Shown: positions 25,876-37,868 of the stretch, one piece after another
Layout: the number at the start of each line of letters is the position of its first letter
Numbering within the stretch: position 1 is the first letter of the stretch
From: Sarea resinae
Lineage: Eukaryota
Direction of reading: 5' to 3'
Assembly: GCA_026026165.1 (NCBI GenBank)
Contig: JAPEUD010000004.1
Coordinates: forward strand, 558,001 to 622,000
DNA: 64,000 nucleotides
The notes under the pieces: generated by a model
What the model saw: only the letters and a program-made list of their open reading frames with translations
Database searches by the model: none
Told to the model about the DNA's origin: nothing
Translations under genes and position numbers: made by a program

Positions 25876-27552
25876 ATGTGGTATCGCTTTAGCCCCGACC
25901 CAGGGGTGCCTGGATGGTACAAAGAAGCTCTCTACTCGTCCGAGGGGCCCCGCAGCTTCTATGTACACACTCAGGGTATACAGGACAGGCTCAAACATAT
26001 TTGCACGTTAGTCCCCCCCGGCTTCTGGGTAAGAGGGCCATTCAATTCGGTGAACGGAATCTGGATGCAAGTCCCATTTCCGTCCCCGCTGCATTCCCAA
26101 ATACAGTTATTATGCACGCTGGATCTTGACCGCAGAGAGCTGTCGATGGCCACTTGGGGCTCCGACTCTGGGGATAAGCCAATGACGTGTAAAACGTACT
26201 TCGGTCCGATAGGAACGTATGCCCGTATAGTATTAGTCGAAGCTCCGTACAAGCTTCTCAACCATACTTATCCAACACTTCACTTATCCAACGAAGGAAA
26301 GATGGCCGGCAAGACTCTCACAGTTGACATCCCAAAACCTTCGGCCATGAACGAGCTTCAGCTGCGCTTCCTCATTGACTTTGTGTTTCAATGGAGATTC
26401 TTTTTCGATGACCACCACACTTGGCGATACCCGTCAAAGGCGTTCAACGTCCTGTGCATTGGCCTCCTCCGAATCGCAGCATGGGACTTTGGCGTGGACT
26501 TGGCAATGGAGGGCGGAGACGACCCACTGCAGCGAGAGGCATTCCCAAGTTGGCGGGCTCCGGAGACGAACATCTACTGGTTCCATGGATTCCTCGTTCT
26601 CCATTGTAAGGATGTCAACTACAGCCTATCAAATATCTCGGAAGTAGCTTTCCGCGTCAGGGTGTTTCTCGTAGAGCAGACGCGGCCGCATCTAACTGTG
26701 CAGTGCATTCTCATCAGCATCGGTCAGGTCGCTCTCGTAGAAGTCAAAGGTCGCTCGGCATGCAGTACCGTCACGCTCCCGTTGATCACCAATACCGCAT
26801 CCAGACATGCTACACCTGGCATGAGGATGCTGACTTACCTGCTTACATCCTCATCTTGGAGACGTGACTTTGTCAACCGAGAACAATGGAGTTCACCTCT
26901 CCCAGTGGAGATAATGCGCATGATCACGGCAGAGGTGCCCCAGTCCGACATGATTGCATTGGCCCGGTCCTCTCAATTTGGGGAGCGGTGGTACTACAGT
27001 ACCCTCCCTTTCGTTCTCGGAATGCCTCTCCGGGTCTATAAAGAGACTGTGACGTGCTGCGGGGCGACTGATCGACTCGAAGGCGAGGGATTGCTCTGTC
27101 GGAAATGCTATGCGTGGCAACATGCAAGCTGCGTCGAGCCGAACCCGAGGAAGAGAAAGCGGGCTGCGTTTGAGCCCGAGTCTGGATCGCACCATGAGTC
27201 TGAAGCGTCTACGGAGGCAGAGCACATCTGTGCGGACTGTCGCAAGGCTGGTCTGCAGTTTCTCGAGCCCGGTAGACTTGGGCTGGAGAATCGACGCAAG
27301 AAACGGCGAGCGATCCAAGGCCAGCGCTATTCCCTCCGATTGCGTGGTCAGCAGGGACTATTATGTTACACCATCCTCTTCAACCGCGTCTCTTCGGGTC
27401 TGGTTTATCGGATTAATCCTCAATCCCACAGTCAAGGGCGGGCGGGACCTGAGACGTGCGCTCGTGGTTCGCGACTGCGCACGCCTCTCCATTCAGATCC
27501 ATTCAGGACGAGTCGAGAATATCTGGCATTTCTGGAATCTCTGCGGGATTAG
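25876..27552 (+). CDS. Hypothetical protein with an F-box-like segment and a C-terminal PHD-like zinc finger
   Basis: 558-aa uninterrupted ORF. LPVEIMRMITAEVPQSDMIALARSS is F-box-like. CCG..CRKCYAWQHASC..CADC has Cys4-His-Cys3-like spacing. Start codon uncertain. Confidence 0.65.
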   Translation: MWYRFSPDPGVPGWYKEALYSSEGPRSFYVHTQGIQDRLKHICTLVPPGFWVRGPFNSVNGIWMQVPFPSPLHSQIQLLCTLDLDRRELSMATWGSDSGDKPMTCKTYFGPIGTYARIVLVEAPYKLLNHTYPTLHLSNEGKMAGKTLTVDIPKPSAMNELQLRFLIDFVFQWRFFFDDHHTWRYPSKAFNVLCIGLLRIAAWDFGVDLAMEGGDDPLQREAFPSWRAPETNIYWFHGFLVLHCKDVNYSLSNISEVAFRVRVFLVEQTRPHLTVQCILISIGQVALVEVKGRSACSTVTLPLITNTASRHATPGMRMLTYLLTSSSWRRDFVNREQWSSPLPVEIMRMITAEVPQSDMIALARSSQFGERWYYSTLPFVLGMPLRVYKETVTCCGATDRLEGEGLLCRKCYAWQHASCVEPNPRKRKRAAFEPESGSHHESEASTEAEHICADCRKAGLQFLEPGRLGLENRRKKRRAIQGQRYSLRLRGQQGLLCYTILFNRVSSGLVYRINPQSHSQGRAGPETCARGSRLRTPLHSDPFRTSREYLAFLESLRD

Positions 27553-27997
27553 GTGGATTGCAGTGTGTTCAGATACGAGTTCATGGGATGGATGTGTGAG
27601 GCGCGAGAGTGGGTGGAAGAACATTGTACCGGAATGGGCGGGTCGAGACGCACTGGATGGAGTAGGGGTGGAGCGGAGTGGGGGTGGGCGTGGAGGTGGG
27701 GGGCCTTTTCTCGGTGTTGGCGGAGTTCGCCCCTCGGTCGGGCAGCATTATCGTGGTCTCGTCTCGGACCGGGCAGTGTCAATGTCATCATCGGTATTTA
27801 CGTAGTAGCCCAGTCTAGGGCAGCCTGAGGGCAGTCATTGATGTAGCGACCCCTCTGAAATTGCTGGCAGTCAACAACCGTCGTCTCCATCATCTCAACA
27901 CATTCCAGTTTCATGATTTCCTGATCTGCCGCAGTTAAGCAATCAGTGAGATTTCTATTACCATAGCGAGGCTTGGAGTTGAAAGATCGCCTCTGCA

Positions 27998-29025
27998 ATG
28001 CCCACACCTCGCGTCTTCATCATCCGCCACGGCGAGACCGAATGGTCGCTCAATGGCAGACATACGAGCGTCACCGAACTGCCCTTGACGGAGAATGGCC
28101 AACGGAGAATTTCGGCGACGGGAAAGGCCCTCGTGGGGCACGATCGACTCATTGTTCCCTCGCGGCTCGCGCATGTGTACGTGTGCGCTCTCTTATCCCC
28201 CCTCCTCTCCCTTGGAACACAAGAAAGCGTCAACTCGGGTCCAGAGCTCAGCGCTGATAGCCGGACAGCTACGTCTCCCCTCGCCGTCGCTCGCGCCAGA
28301 CTCTCGAACTTCTTCATCTCGGCTGCAAAGAGAAATACCCGTGGCAAGAAACTCGCACCCATGGCGACGAAGACGTGCGCACCGACGCGAAGACAGAGGT
28401 CTCGGAAGATATACGCGAATGGGACTACGGCGACTATGAGGGGATGGTGACGCCTGATATTCGCGAGAAGAGGAAGAAGGAGGGCCTGGAAGGGACTTGG
28501 GATATCTGGAGGGATGGATGTCCGGGGGGAGAGTATGTCAAGCTAATCTCTCGCCGTGCACTGATGTCCGAGTCAAGAATGTGACCATACGCTGACTCTC
28601 TCATCTCTACTTTTGCATGTGAGCAGATCTCCTAAAGAAGTTACAGACCGTCTCGACCGCCTCATAGACGACATTCGTACCCGCTTCCACGCCCAAGCTC
28701 TGCAACACCCCAAAGGCGACGGACCACCCGGCGATGTGCTCCTGGTAGCACACGGACATATATTACGCGCGTTTGCCATGAGGTGGACCAAGAAGAACTT
28801 GGAGGATAATCCGGCCATGTTGCTTGAAGCCGGAGGCGTAGGGACGCTGAGGTGAGTTGAGACTGCTATTCAAGTTTCGGTCACGGCGGGAGGAACCCCT
28901 GCTAATCGAGGTTTCTGTGCTATAGTTACGAACACCACAACATCGACGAACCAGCGATTCTGCTGGGTGGTGCGTTCATGGTGGATGTAGTGCACAATGC
29001 TTCTGGGGGGGCTGCGACTCGCTGA
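27998..29025 (+). CDS. Histidine phosphatase (phosphoglycerate mutase family), SHB17-like sedoheptulose-1,7-bisphosphatase
   Basis: RHGETEWSLNGRHT, YVSPRRRSRQTL, EWDYGDYEG, WDIWRDGCPGGE, LVAHGHILR, GTLSYEHHNIDEP; three introns. Confidence 0.9.
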
Positions 29026-29625
29026 GCAATGAGGGCGCCATGTATGATCAAGATGCTAGACCGGCAATAGAAAGCGTTTTGATGCAGCACGCCTGACTTG
29101 TGTGGATGCGAGTGAGGTGCAACATCAGCTTCGCCACAGTCTCCCTGGAGAGATCTTTAGGGCTGGCGGTATCCAAGTCCGGGACCCCTCTACCCCGCGC
29201 CCAGGGAGATCGCTAATCCAGTCGATCCTGTCCACATGCGGGACCGCCCGTCATGTCACGTCATATCCCTGATCCTGGGCCACCACGAGTTCGGTCGGTC
29301 TTCTATTGATCGTGAATACGAATACGAACAGGAAGCTGACATATGAGCAGATCTAAGGGTCTTTGCCCCAGCTGACACCTGCGGTCATACATCAATACAT
29401 CATGTTATCGACTCTGGACGCATCAAAGTCCTTCCGCTCTTATTATCTCTTCATTGTATAATAAGCCTTCAATCCATTTGTGTTATCGTGTGGCCTAAGT
29501 CTATTTCGCTTGGCGTCATTCCATCTCTTGAGAGGCCTTCTCCGCCTCTAACGAGTGAAGCTGAAATATTAATCCATATGACACCAACTCGTTTCTGTTC
29601 TTTCACGCAATTCTAGGTCGCGACG

Positions 29626-31744
29626 ATGCTGTCAAACGTGCTGCCATTGTTGGTGGCGATGGCCTTGCTTGCCGCTTCATTGACTGGCGCAGCTGTCGCC
29701 GATTTTCCTGTCGAGAAAAGAAATTCGACCGCAGACGACAGATTGGTCTTTGCGCATTTCATGGTTAGATACTCGCTCTCACGCCTCTCGCCCTGATTGT
29801 CTTTTTCCAATGAAGCCTCCCTTCCCTTGATCCTCCCAGCTACCTAACAAAGCAACCCCTCCCAGATCGACATCGTCAGCGACCGTACCAGCCCCTCCGA
29901 CTACGACACCGACATGACCCTCGCGCAATCCGTCGGCATCGACGCCTTTGCGCTAAACATCGGCACGGAATCCTTCAGCGACACCCAGCTCTACCTCGCC
30001 TACGCCTCCGCACTCTCCAGCAACATGAAAGTCTTTCTGTCGTTTGACTTTGCCAGCAAAACCAACAATTCCTGGTCGACAGGGCAAGCCGCGGAGATTG
30101 GGGCCAAGATCGCCCAGTTTGCCTGGCTGCCCGCCCAGCTCCTCATTGACGACAAGCCGTTTGTGTCGACGCACGGCGGCGATGGTCTCGATGTGGGATT
30201 GTTGCGGCTGTTTGCCGGCAGGGAGATTTTCTTCGCGCCGAATTTTGATCCGAAGAAGGGCACGGACTTTGGGCTTGTTGACGGCGCTCTCAATTGGTGA
30301 GGCTCTTTTCTTTCTCTGTCACTATCAGTACCGAATCTTTTGGGAGGATCCCTCCACGCCAAGATTTGACGCCTAATGACTTTTGTTCAGGAATGCGTGG
30401 CCTAATAACGGCAATGGCGGACCCCCGACTGCAGACGCGAATTTCACCGTCGAAGACGGCGACCAGACGTACCTGGCCGCTCTGGGCTCTAGAGCGTATA
30501 TAGCGCGTAAGCTTTTTCCTTCACTCTCCTCCCGTCTCATCTCCTCTATCCCATTCCATTCCTGCTGCTTGATCTCATCCCCTCTGCTCGATCTCAACTT
30601 CTCTATTGGATCTCACCACCTCTCCCTCATGCCGCCTCTTGCATCTCATAACCACATCAAAGCCCCCTCGTCTCTCCTGCTTACCTCCCCCCACAACAGC
30701 CGTCTCTCCCTGGTTTTTCACCCACATGTCCGCGAGTCAGAACTACATCCTGCCCTCAGACACGCTCTGGTACGACCGATGGACGGAGCTCCTGAACCTG
30801 GGCCCGCGCTTTGTCGAGATCCTGACCTGGAACGACTACCGCGATTCCAGCTACGTCGGGCCGCTCGCGGGCAAACATACGGATGATGGCAGTTCCAAAT
30901 GGGTCAATGATATGTATGTCCCGTCTGTTTCTGGGCTGCTTATTTTTGGGTGGGGGCTGTTGGAATGCACTTTGGATTTTCTCGTCTTCACGATAATTGT
31001 CTTGTTTCCGCTTGATTGGACTTTGTTTCTGCCCGCACCCCTACATCCCCTCAACCCCCCTGACCCTCTTCCAATCCATCTCCTCGCTTTCCAAAGAATA
31101 CCACCGCCTCCCACACCCGGAACACCTACTAACCTTCTCTCCCCCACAGGACCCACCTCCCCCTCCTCCACATCTCCACCCCCTTCATCTCCGCCTACCA
31201 CTCCTCCCTCACCACCCCCTCCGTCCCAACCACAGACAGCATAACCTACATGTACCGCCGGGTCCCGCGCCTCATCCCCTGTCCCACAACCGACACCATC
31301 GACGCCCCTCCCACAGGCTACCTCCAGCTCGCCGACTCCATCTTCGCCATCACGGCCCTCGCCTCCCCCGGCACGCTCAACATCCAAACGGGCTCCCTCA
31401 CCATCGACTTCCCCGTCCCCGCTGGCTTCGCCCTCCACGCCATCGACTTTGGCCTCGGCAGCCAGTACGTCGCCCTCAAGCGCGATGGCGCCATCGTCTT
31501 GCAGGCCACTGGCGCGTGGCAGATCCAGTTCGTCTGCGTGTGCGGCGTCTATGATTTCAACGTCTTCTCTGGCAGCGTGCCGGCTGTGCCGCTGGAAGTC
31601 ACGGGGTTGGTCGTGCCGGATCAGTTGGCTGCGGATGGCCTGGCCGAGTTTGAGGCCGGCTTGAAGGTTACGACGTGTCTTGCGGAGCCGAGTCTAACTG
31701 TTGCTGCTGGCGCCTCGGAGGCGGTCGCGACGCCGACTGCGTAG
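29626..31744 (+). CDS. Secreted glycoside hydrolase family 71 (alpha-1,3-glucanase/mutanase)-like protein
   Basis: Signal peptide and KR site; LVFAHFM, GIDAFALNIG, FLSFDF, VSPWFFTH, EILTWND. Introns 29764-29865, 30297-30390, 30507-30698, 30914-31149. Confidence 0.88.
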
Positions 31745-31749
31745 CTTTC

Positions 31750-32112
31750 TGCTGGCCTTTGCAGGTCTATGTGCAAAATACAAGTGTGAGATGATGAGAC
31801 AAGACAAGACGAGACGAGACAAAAACCGAAATAATGACCGACACGAAAAGCCAAAAAAACATCAAGGCCACACAAAACGGGAGACACAAGAAGCCTGAAA
31901 ATCAAAGTCAAGTACAAAGACACAAAAGAGAGACAGAGAACGTTGGAGAAAGAGTTAGGAAAGTAGGGACGAGAAAAACAAGAGAGGGAAAGAAGACAGA
32001 AAAGGGAGAGAGAGAGAGAGACAGAAACTCCCTTGGGAACAAAAAGCGGTGCTGCTTGTTACTAATTTCCACGTTTCTATGTTTCTGTATTCTTCTCTAG
32101 TCCCCTCTACTC

Positions 32113-32151
<39 letters not shown>

Positions 32152-33150
32152 TTCTCTCTCCCTCTTGCCCTCCCTCTCTCTCTCTCTTCCCTAGGTAATA
32201 AAAAACCGCAACAGAAAAACGAAAAACGAAAACTGTAAAAAAACTGCAAGAACAGAAAACCAAACCAAATTAAACCAACGCCCCCACCACCTCCACCTCT
32301 GTTATCTCACATCCTCAAACCGTCATCCGTAGAAAAGTGTCATCCGTCTGTCCGTCTGTCTATCTATAGGGTAAGACAGACTAGCACACCACACACCGAT
32401 CTATTCATCTATCCAATAAGCCATAAGACCAGTAAGGTCCCGAACAGCCCCGAGAAAGTTCCAAGATACCTCTTCTCCTTCTTTAAAACAACATCTAAAC
32501 AGACAGTTCAATTCCAGGAGACTTCAGACATCCGCAATGTGAAAATCGAGGAAAGTGGAGAATCGTGTGGAATAGACACAGGAGAAGGAAGTTGTACGAA
32601 ACAAAGAGATTTATAAAAATATTATGGCTCTCTCTATGTGTGTATGTGTGTGTGCCGCTCGTCCCCTATGGTGTCACTAACTAACTAATACAGAGAACTC
32701 GACTCGATTTGATTAGAAGACTAGACTTGACTAGAAGACTCGACTTGACTAGACTTGACTTGACTAGACTTGACTCGGCCAGAGCGGAACGTAGCGCGTG
32801 TGTGAGGCGCGAGATAGGAGATGCGATATGAGGTGTTGTTTGTGTGTGATGTATAGTGTGTGGCGTCTGGGGGGTGTAGGATATTATAAAGATGCTGTAG
32901 GGGAGACGAGACACAAGATACGAGAGAGAAGATAGAAGAAAGTAGAAAGTAGAGAGGTCATTACAGAGCAGAGCGGAGCGGAGCAGAGAGCAGAGACGTC
33001 CAGCCCAGCCCAGTCCAGCCTCGCCCAGACACCCGATAGAGATGAGAACACCAGACCCACCAGCCCGGCCCGGCCCAGCCCGGCGTAAGCCAACTCCAAA
33101 GAGCCGGCCCTGACGAAAGAAAATATCATCCGCTCTCCCCCATCCCAATT
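31750..33150. repeat. Microsatellite-rich convergent intergenic spacer
   Basis: (GACAA/GACGA)n, (GA)n, (CT)n 32116-32148, (GACTT/GACTA)n 32700-32777, (GCAGA)n and (CAGCC)n. Confidence 0.8.
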
Positions 33151-33159
33151 TACACACTA

Positions 33160-35592
33160 CTACCGGGGCACATACAGCCCGCCCGCACCGATAAACGCGT
33201 CCTTGGCCGTAGCGCTCGGCACCCGGACGCCCAGCCGATGAATCGGCACCTTCTCGACCAGACGCTGCTGCTTCGCTCTCAGGTCAACGTAGCGGTCCGT
33301 GATGGAGCGCGGCGTATTGGCCAGGCGGTCCAGCACGGCGTCGATGCGCCACGCCGGCCGCTGCAGACTCGCTTGCGTGATGCTGATGTCGCGGTACGTT
33401 TCCTGGAGGAAGGTTTCGTGGTCCGACGACGAGGACGAGGCCATGGGGATCGTGTGAGGGCGCAACGTGCCCATGATTAGCACGGCGATCTTGCCGTCCA
33501 CGAACGAGGCCGTTTGCGGCCCCGCAAAGGAGTGGATCAGATACACTTTAATCGTCGGTTTGGGCACGATCGACGGGTTCGAGTAGTGGCACGGCGAAAC
33601 GTAGATTAGGGCCGGATGCCAGCCGGTTGGTTGAGCTTGGACTGGGACTTGAGACTGAGCTTGCAGGGATTTTTCTTTTTCGGCCGTCTTCGGTCGTATG
33701 ATAGCCGGCGTGATGCTCGCCCAGCCGAAATACACCCCTGAGAGCCGCACTTGCAGATCGTCTGGGTTCTTGCTCAGGTTCGCCGTCGGCAACCCCAGCT
33801 CCGCCGTACTTCTGCCCGTGCCGCGGACGATTCGGCTATCGATGCGTACTGGATAGGGAGCATCGGGTCCTGCGTCAGGGCCGATGATGTCGGGTCGGCT
33901 GAACCGGTCGAAGGCGGCGGCGTCGGCGATCGGTTTCGCGGCCACCTCCATGGCACGGGTGTATTGTTCGTTTGCCGAGGTCAGCTTGTCGTCGATGCCG
34001 CTGGCGCTGTAAGCCGTCGTCGCTGCTTCCTGCGTCCAGAAGCTCGGCGCGTATTGTCCAATCTGGTTCTGCACTGCTTGAGTGACGGGCGCGACCGCGT
34101 TACCTGTTGCCGTGGTGGCAATGTTCGAGAGCACGCTGACGCCGATCTCGATGGGTAATGTGGCCAGAGAAGCCCCTTTGATGGAACTGGCCGACAGCGA
34201 CGTCGACGCTACGCGGAAGACCGGACTTGGGCATAGGACCGTTTTGTCGTCACCGCCTGTGAGCACGATGCGGAAATATCCATCGCCGGCCTCCTCGCAG
34301 GGGATGCGCACAATGCATGTCTCGCGCACTTTGTGATGTCGGACCTCCTTGGGCGCCTTTTGGAGGAATTTCTTGATGTCGCGTTGCCAAGCACGTTCGT
34401 CCGAGGGCGGAAGCTGGCTCGCATCGGCTCTGGTTGCGGGGGTGACGTTGATCCAGCTACCGTTTGTGTGTAGGAGGCCCTTGAGCTTCATGCCCGTCTT
34501 GCCCGTCCAGCCTTTTGTCTGAAGCCACAGTCTTCGATCGGGCGGTAATGCACGGTCGGAAAATATCGTAATGGCGACTGATGTAGTCGGGCCTTGATAG
34601 TATACCAGGCCATGCGAATGCCGGAGGATGGAGTAGTGTTTTGTGGATTCGACGGGGTGATTGATTAGGCCGCCTGCGAAGTGACGGGCTTCTTCGAGAG
34701 CCGACTTCCATTTCGGTTTCTCGGGTGCAACGGGCCATGTGTTCGCGTTTGTCGGAGTGGGTGCTGGGCCATTAAAGAAATAATCACCGCTGCTACTATT
34801 TGCTTCACTGGCCGTTGTTCCGGGAGTAGATTGTAGGCTCAAATCGGTCACTCTTTTGACGAGAAAGGTTTCACTCTTATCGATTGGGGTAAGCGGACGC
34901 GTCTGAGCTTGCGATTGAGAAGATAGACTTGGAGTCTGATTCTCTTGCGGAGCTCTTTGAATGCTGGAAGACAATGGAGGCTTTAGATCGCCACTTCTGG
35001 CTGGCAATGCCTCACGGGCCGGGCTCAGGTTTCGTGGAGGAGGATCCGGAGCTTGCGAGTGTTGAACTTCCACATCCCGAGGTATGGCTTGAATGCCGGG
35101 AGACGCTGGAGGCTTGCGTTTGATTTTCCTGGTAAAGTATTCGCCATCATCTGTGATTGGATTGTGGGGAGAGTTCGTAGCTTGCGATTCTTGAGTGTGC
35201 GCCTTAATGTCAGCGTGGGCAGAAGCTTCGTCATCTGGTTTTCCAATGCGCGCAATTCCTGTAGTGTGCGAGGACTGCGCATACTGCAATTGCCTTTTGG
35301 TGTCGGCATGAGCAAAAGCTTCGTCCTCTAGATTGAGATTGCGTACGACTCCTGTCGACTGCGGCTGCTGCACTAGAATCTCTCGAGGGCCATGTTTGAC
35401 ATCGACGTGCGCCAAGGGTTCATCGTCTGGTTCCCAACTACGGGCAATTCCCGTCGATTGGGAATACTGTGGATATTGAGCTTGGAAATCTCGAGGGGTT
35501 TCTCTGATATCAGCAGGCGCATGAGGTCTCCAGTCGGCGGGATACGGGCGTGGGTGGTGTGGGCCGCCACGTCTTTGCTGTTGAAGTGACAT
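33160..35592 (-). CDS. Fungal protein with a C-terminal riboflavin-kinase (flavokinase)-like domain
   Basis: 810-aa single ORF. IVRGTGRSTAELGLPTANL and SGVYFGWA match the flavokinase GxGRG..LG.PTAN / GVY.GW motifs. Disordered N-terminus and a globular-looking middle domain. Confidence 0.8.
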   Translation of the reverse strand: MSLQQQRRGGPHHPRPYPADWRPHAPADIRETPRDFQAQYPQYSQSTGIARSWEPDDEPLAHVDVKHGPREILVQQPQSTGVVRNLNLEDEAFAHADTKRQLQYAQSSHTTGIARIGKPDDEASAHADIKAHTQESQATNSPHNPITDDGEYFTRKIKRKPPASPGIQAIPRDVEVQHSQAPDPPPRNLSPAREALPARSGDLKPPLSSSIQRAPQENQTPSLSSQSQAQTRPLTPIDKSETFLVKRVTDLSLQSTPGTTASEANSSSGDYFFNGPAPTPTNANTWPVAPEKPKWKSALEEARHFAGGLINHPVESTKHYSILRHSHGLVYYQGPTTSVAITIFSDRALPPDRRLWLQTKGWTGKTGMKLKGLLHTNGSWINVTPATRADASQLPPSDERAWQRDIKKFLQKAPKEVRHHKVRETCIVRIPCEEAGDGYFRIVLTGGDDKTVLCPSPVFRVASTSLSASSIKGASLATLPIEIGVSVLSNIATTATGNAVAPVTQAVQNQIGQYAPSFWTQEAATTAYSASGIDDKLTSANEQYTRAMEVAAKPIADAAAFDRFSRPDIIGPDAGPDAPYPVRIDSRIVRGTGRSTAELGLPTANLSKNPDDLQVRLSGVYFGWASITPAIIRPKTAEKEKSLQAQSQVPVQAQPTGWHPALIYVSPCHYSNPSIVPKPTIKVYLIHSFAGPQTASFVDGKIAVLIMGTLRPHTIPMASSSSSDHETFLQETYRDISITQASLQRPAWRIDAVLDRLANTPRSITDRYVDLRAKQQRLVEKVPIHRLGVRVPSATAKDAFIGAGGLYVPR

Positions 35593-36014
35593 ATTGACGA
35601 TTGGTCCAAGCCAAACCTAAGGGGGTTTTGGCAGCCGGGTGTTCCTACATTTCAACTGAATAATCAATTGAAGGCCTCTTTCGAGAGAACTTGTGTAATG
35701 GTGAGTCTGTGAGATGAGCTCCTTAGGAAAGATCACAACAACAGTCAGCGTGGACTCTGATGGAACAGTGCCAGCGACCATCGACGCCCTCTCACCCCAA
35801 ACCTTGGAAGGTGAGAAATGTCGAGGGGAATTGTTATCAGTGGCTGGATCACGTGAGCGGTCTCCCCACGTCATCGTGGGCATTTTGCGGCAACCCCACT
35901 GCAGGTGAACGGCATCGTGAGGGCTCCAGCTGTAGCATCATATTGGCAGTGAATATCCGGTCATGTTCGGCACGGACGGTCAGGCTTGTTGAATCCTCTT
36001 CAGAAACGATAAGA

Positions 36015-36017
<3 letters not shown>

Positions 36018-36047
<30 letters not shown>
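36018..36047. repeat. (GCT)n trinucleotide microsatellite
   Basis: Directly visible. Confidence 0.9.
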
Positions 36048-36348
36048 ACGACCTGGTACTAGCGATGCTTTCAATTGACTCACCAGGCTGGCTTCAATCT
36101 CGTGACCCTTCTGAAGTCCTTTTCCCCGAATGCTTCTCATCAGATCACCGATTGTCATCATTGTCAGAGCCATGCACACTCGTCTCTGGGACTATATGAT
36201 ATTGAGGACTATATGATATTGACCGGCAGTGACTACTAACATTCCTGGTATGCACAGGTAAAGCTGACTATGAAGATGTGCAGAGAATACAAGTCTTCAT
36301 ATACAGCAAAGAACGGTTCAGCCAGCGATCGAGTCATGTCACCATTCC

Positions 36349-37592
36349 TCAGTAACCCTTCTCTTCATCAAAGGGCGTCTCGTACGGCCGTTCGGCCTGA
36401 GGCGTGATTCTGGCCAGGTGGCGACGCTGACCACTGTCCCAGTCCAGGATGGCCGAGTGCGCCGTCTTGCGGTTGTCCCACACAACCACGGTGCCAGGAG
36501 CCCATTTCATGCGAGTCTGGAAGTCCGAGCCAAAGGCGAGATGCTCGAAGAGGAACTTCAGAAGATAGTCGCTCTCCTCCTTCTTGAATCCCTTGATGTA
36601 TCGCGTGAACTGCGGGTTGACGAACAGAGCCTTTTCACCCGTCACCGGATGAGTTCGAACCAGAGGATGCTCGGTCGCTATGGGCACTCGTTTCGCAATG
36701 CCCCCTCTGGCGATGCTGTTGTTGACCTGCTCGATTCCCGAGTGGACTGCCTTGAGACCATGGAGCCGCTTGCGAAATTCGGGAGAAAGACGTCTATATG
36801 CTTCAGCCTGGTTCAAGAACAGAGTATCCCCTCCGGTGGTTGGTCCGTCCAAAAGATACAGGAATGTGGTCCCGGGAGGTTGTTCCTCGAAACTGATATC
36901 GGAATGCCACGTCACGGAGTTGGTGCGGGTCTGAAGGAAGTCTTGCGATGAAGTGTCATCAGCTCCGCGGTGGACTAAATGGATCTCTGGGTATCCCTTC
37001 GGGGAGCCGCTAGTCTGGTGGATATGATGACGGCCAAAGTAGGCTCCAAAATCGAGGGCCTCTTGGATGGGGAGATCCGCAAGATCCTGGTCACGGAATG
37101 CTACGACCGTCAATTTGCGATCATTTACTCAACGACGAGACTAGCAACGTACCGACTACACCCTTCTGTGCCACAAAAAGAGCCAATTGGTCTTTTCCTT
37201 TATCGGTCAATTTGCTGAGCTGCACCCCTTTGACCTCTGCACCAATCGAGGGCGTCAAGTCCTCGACCGTGGTTCCCTCGCGAATGAGGTCCGGGAAGGA
37301 TGGATCAGCGTCCTTGCCGTGTTCATAATGAGTGAAAGGCTCCAGCGGGGGATATCTAACGGAATCAGCGAGCCCCGCAAGAATTGATGTACAGCATTAC
37401 TTACGACACCTTCTCCCACGTCGGAAGGTAGTGAGGATACTTTGCTGGAGGATGCTTATCGGTACCCTTCTCCTCTGCATCCTTTTGATAAGCCGTAGGT
37501 CCTGTATTGAAGGCTTCCTTGTATTCGGAGACGCCCTTGAAGGAAGCGGGCTCGGCCAGGCGAACCGGCGGTTCTGTCAAAGCAGGCGCCAT
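36349..37592 (-). CDS. TauD/TfdA-family alpha-ketoglutarate-dependent (sulfonate) dioxygenase, Jlp1-like
   Basis: VVAFRDQD, WHSD (HxD), GGDTLF, HPLVRTHPVTGEKALFVN, WDNR..H. Two introns near 37405-37358 and 37150-37101. Confidence 0.92.
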
Positions 37593-37868
37593 TTTATGAT
37601 ATAATGAATGGACTTATTGAATTCCAATGAGAGAGCACAGCTTACGAATCACTGCGGACGGACGCTGGGCACCTCCACTATTTATCTTTCTCTGTCGTCG
37701 GCAATTGCAGCGATATTGGGATCGCAATGCATGCAGCTCATTCACAAAACGACCATCGATGCGGGGAGATCGAACGACGTCAAGCATCTGGCAACAGGCT
37801 ATGCTCTGATCACGTCTCTCATTGGTACGACATCATCATGGCATGCGGCTCGGTGCTATATCGAGTTA

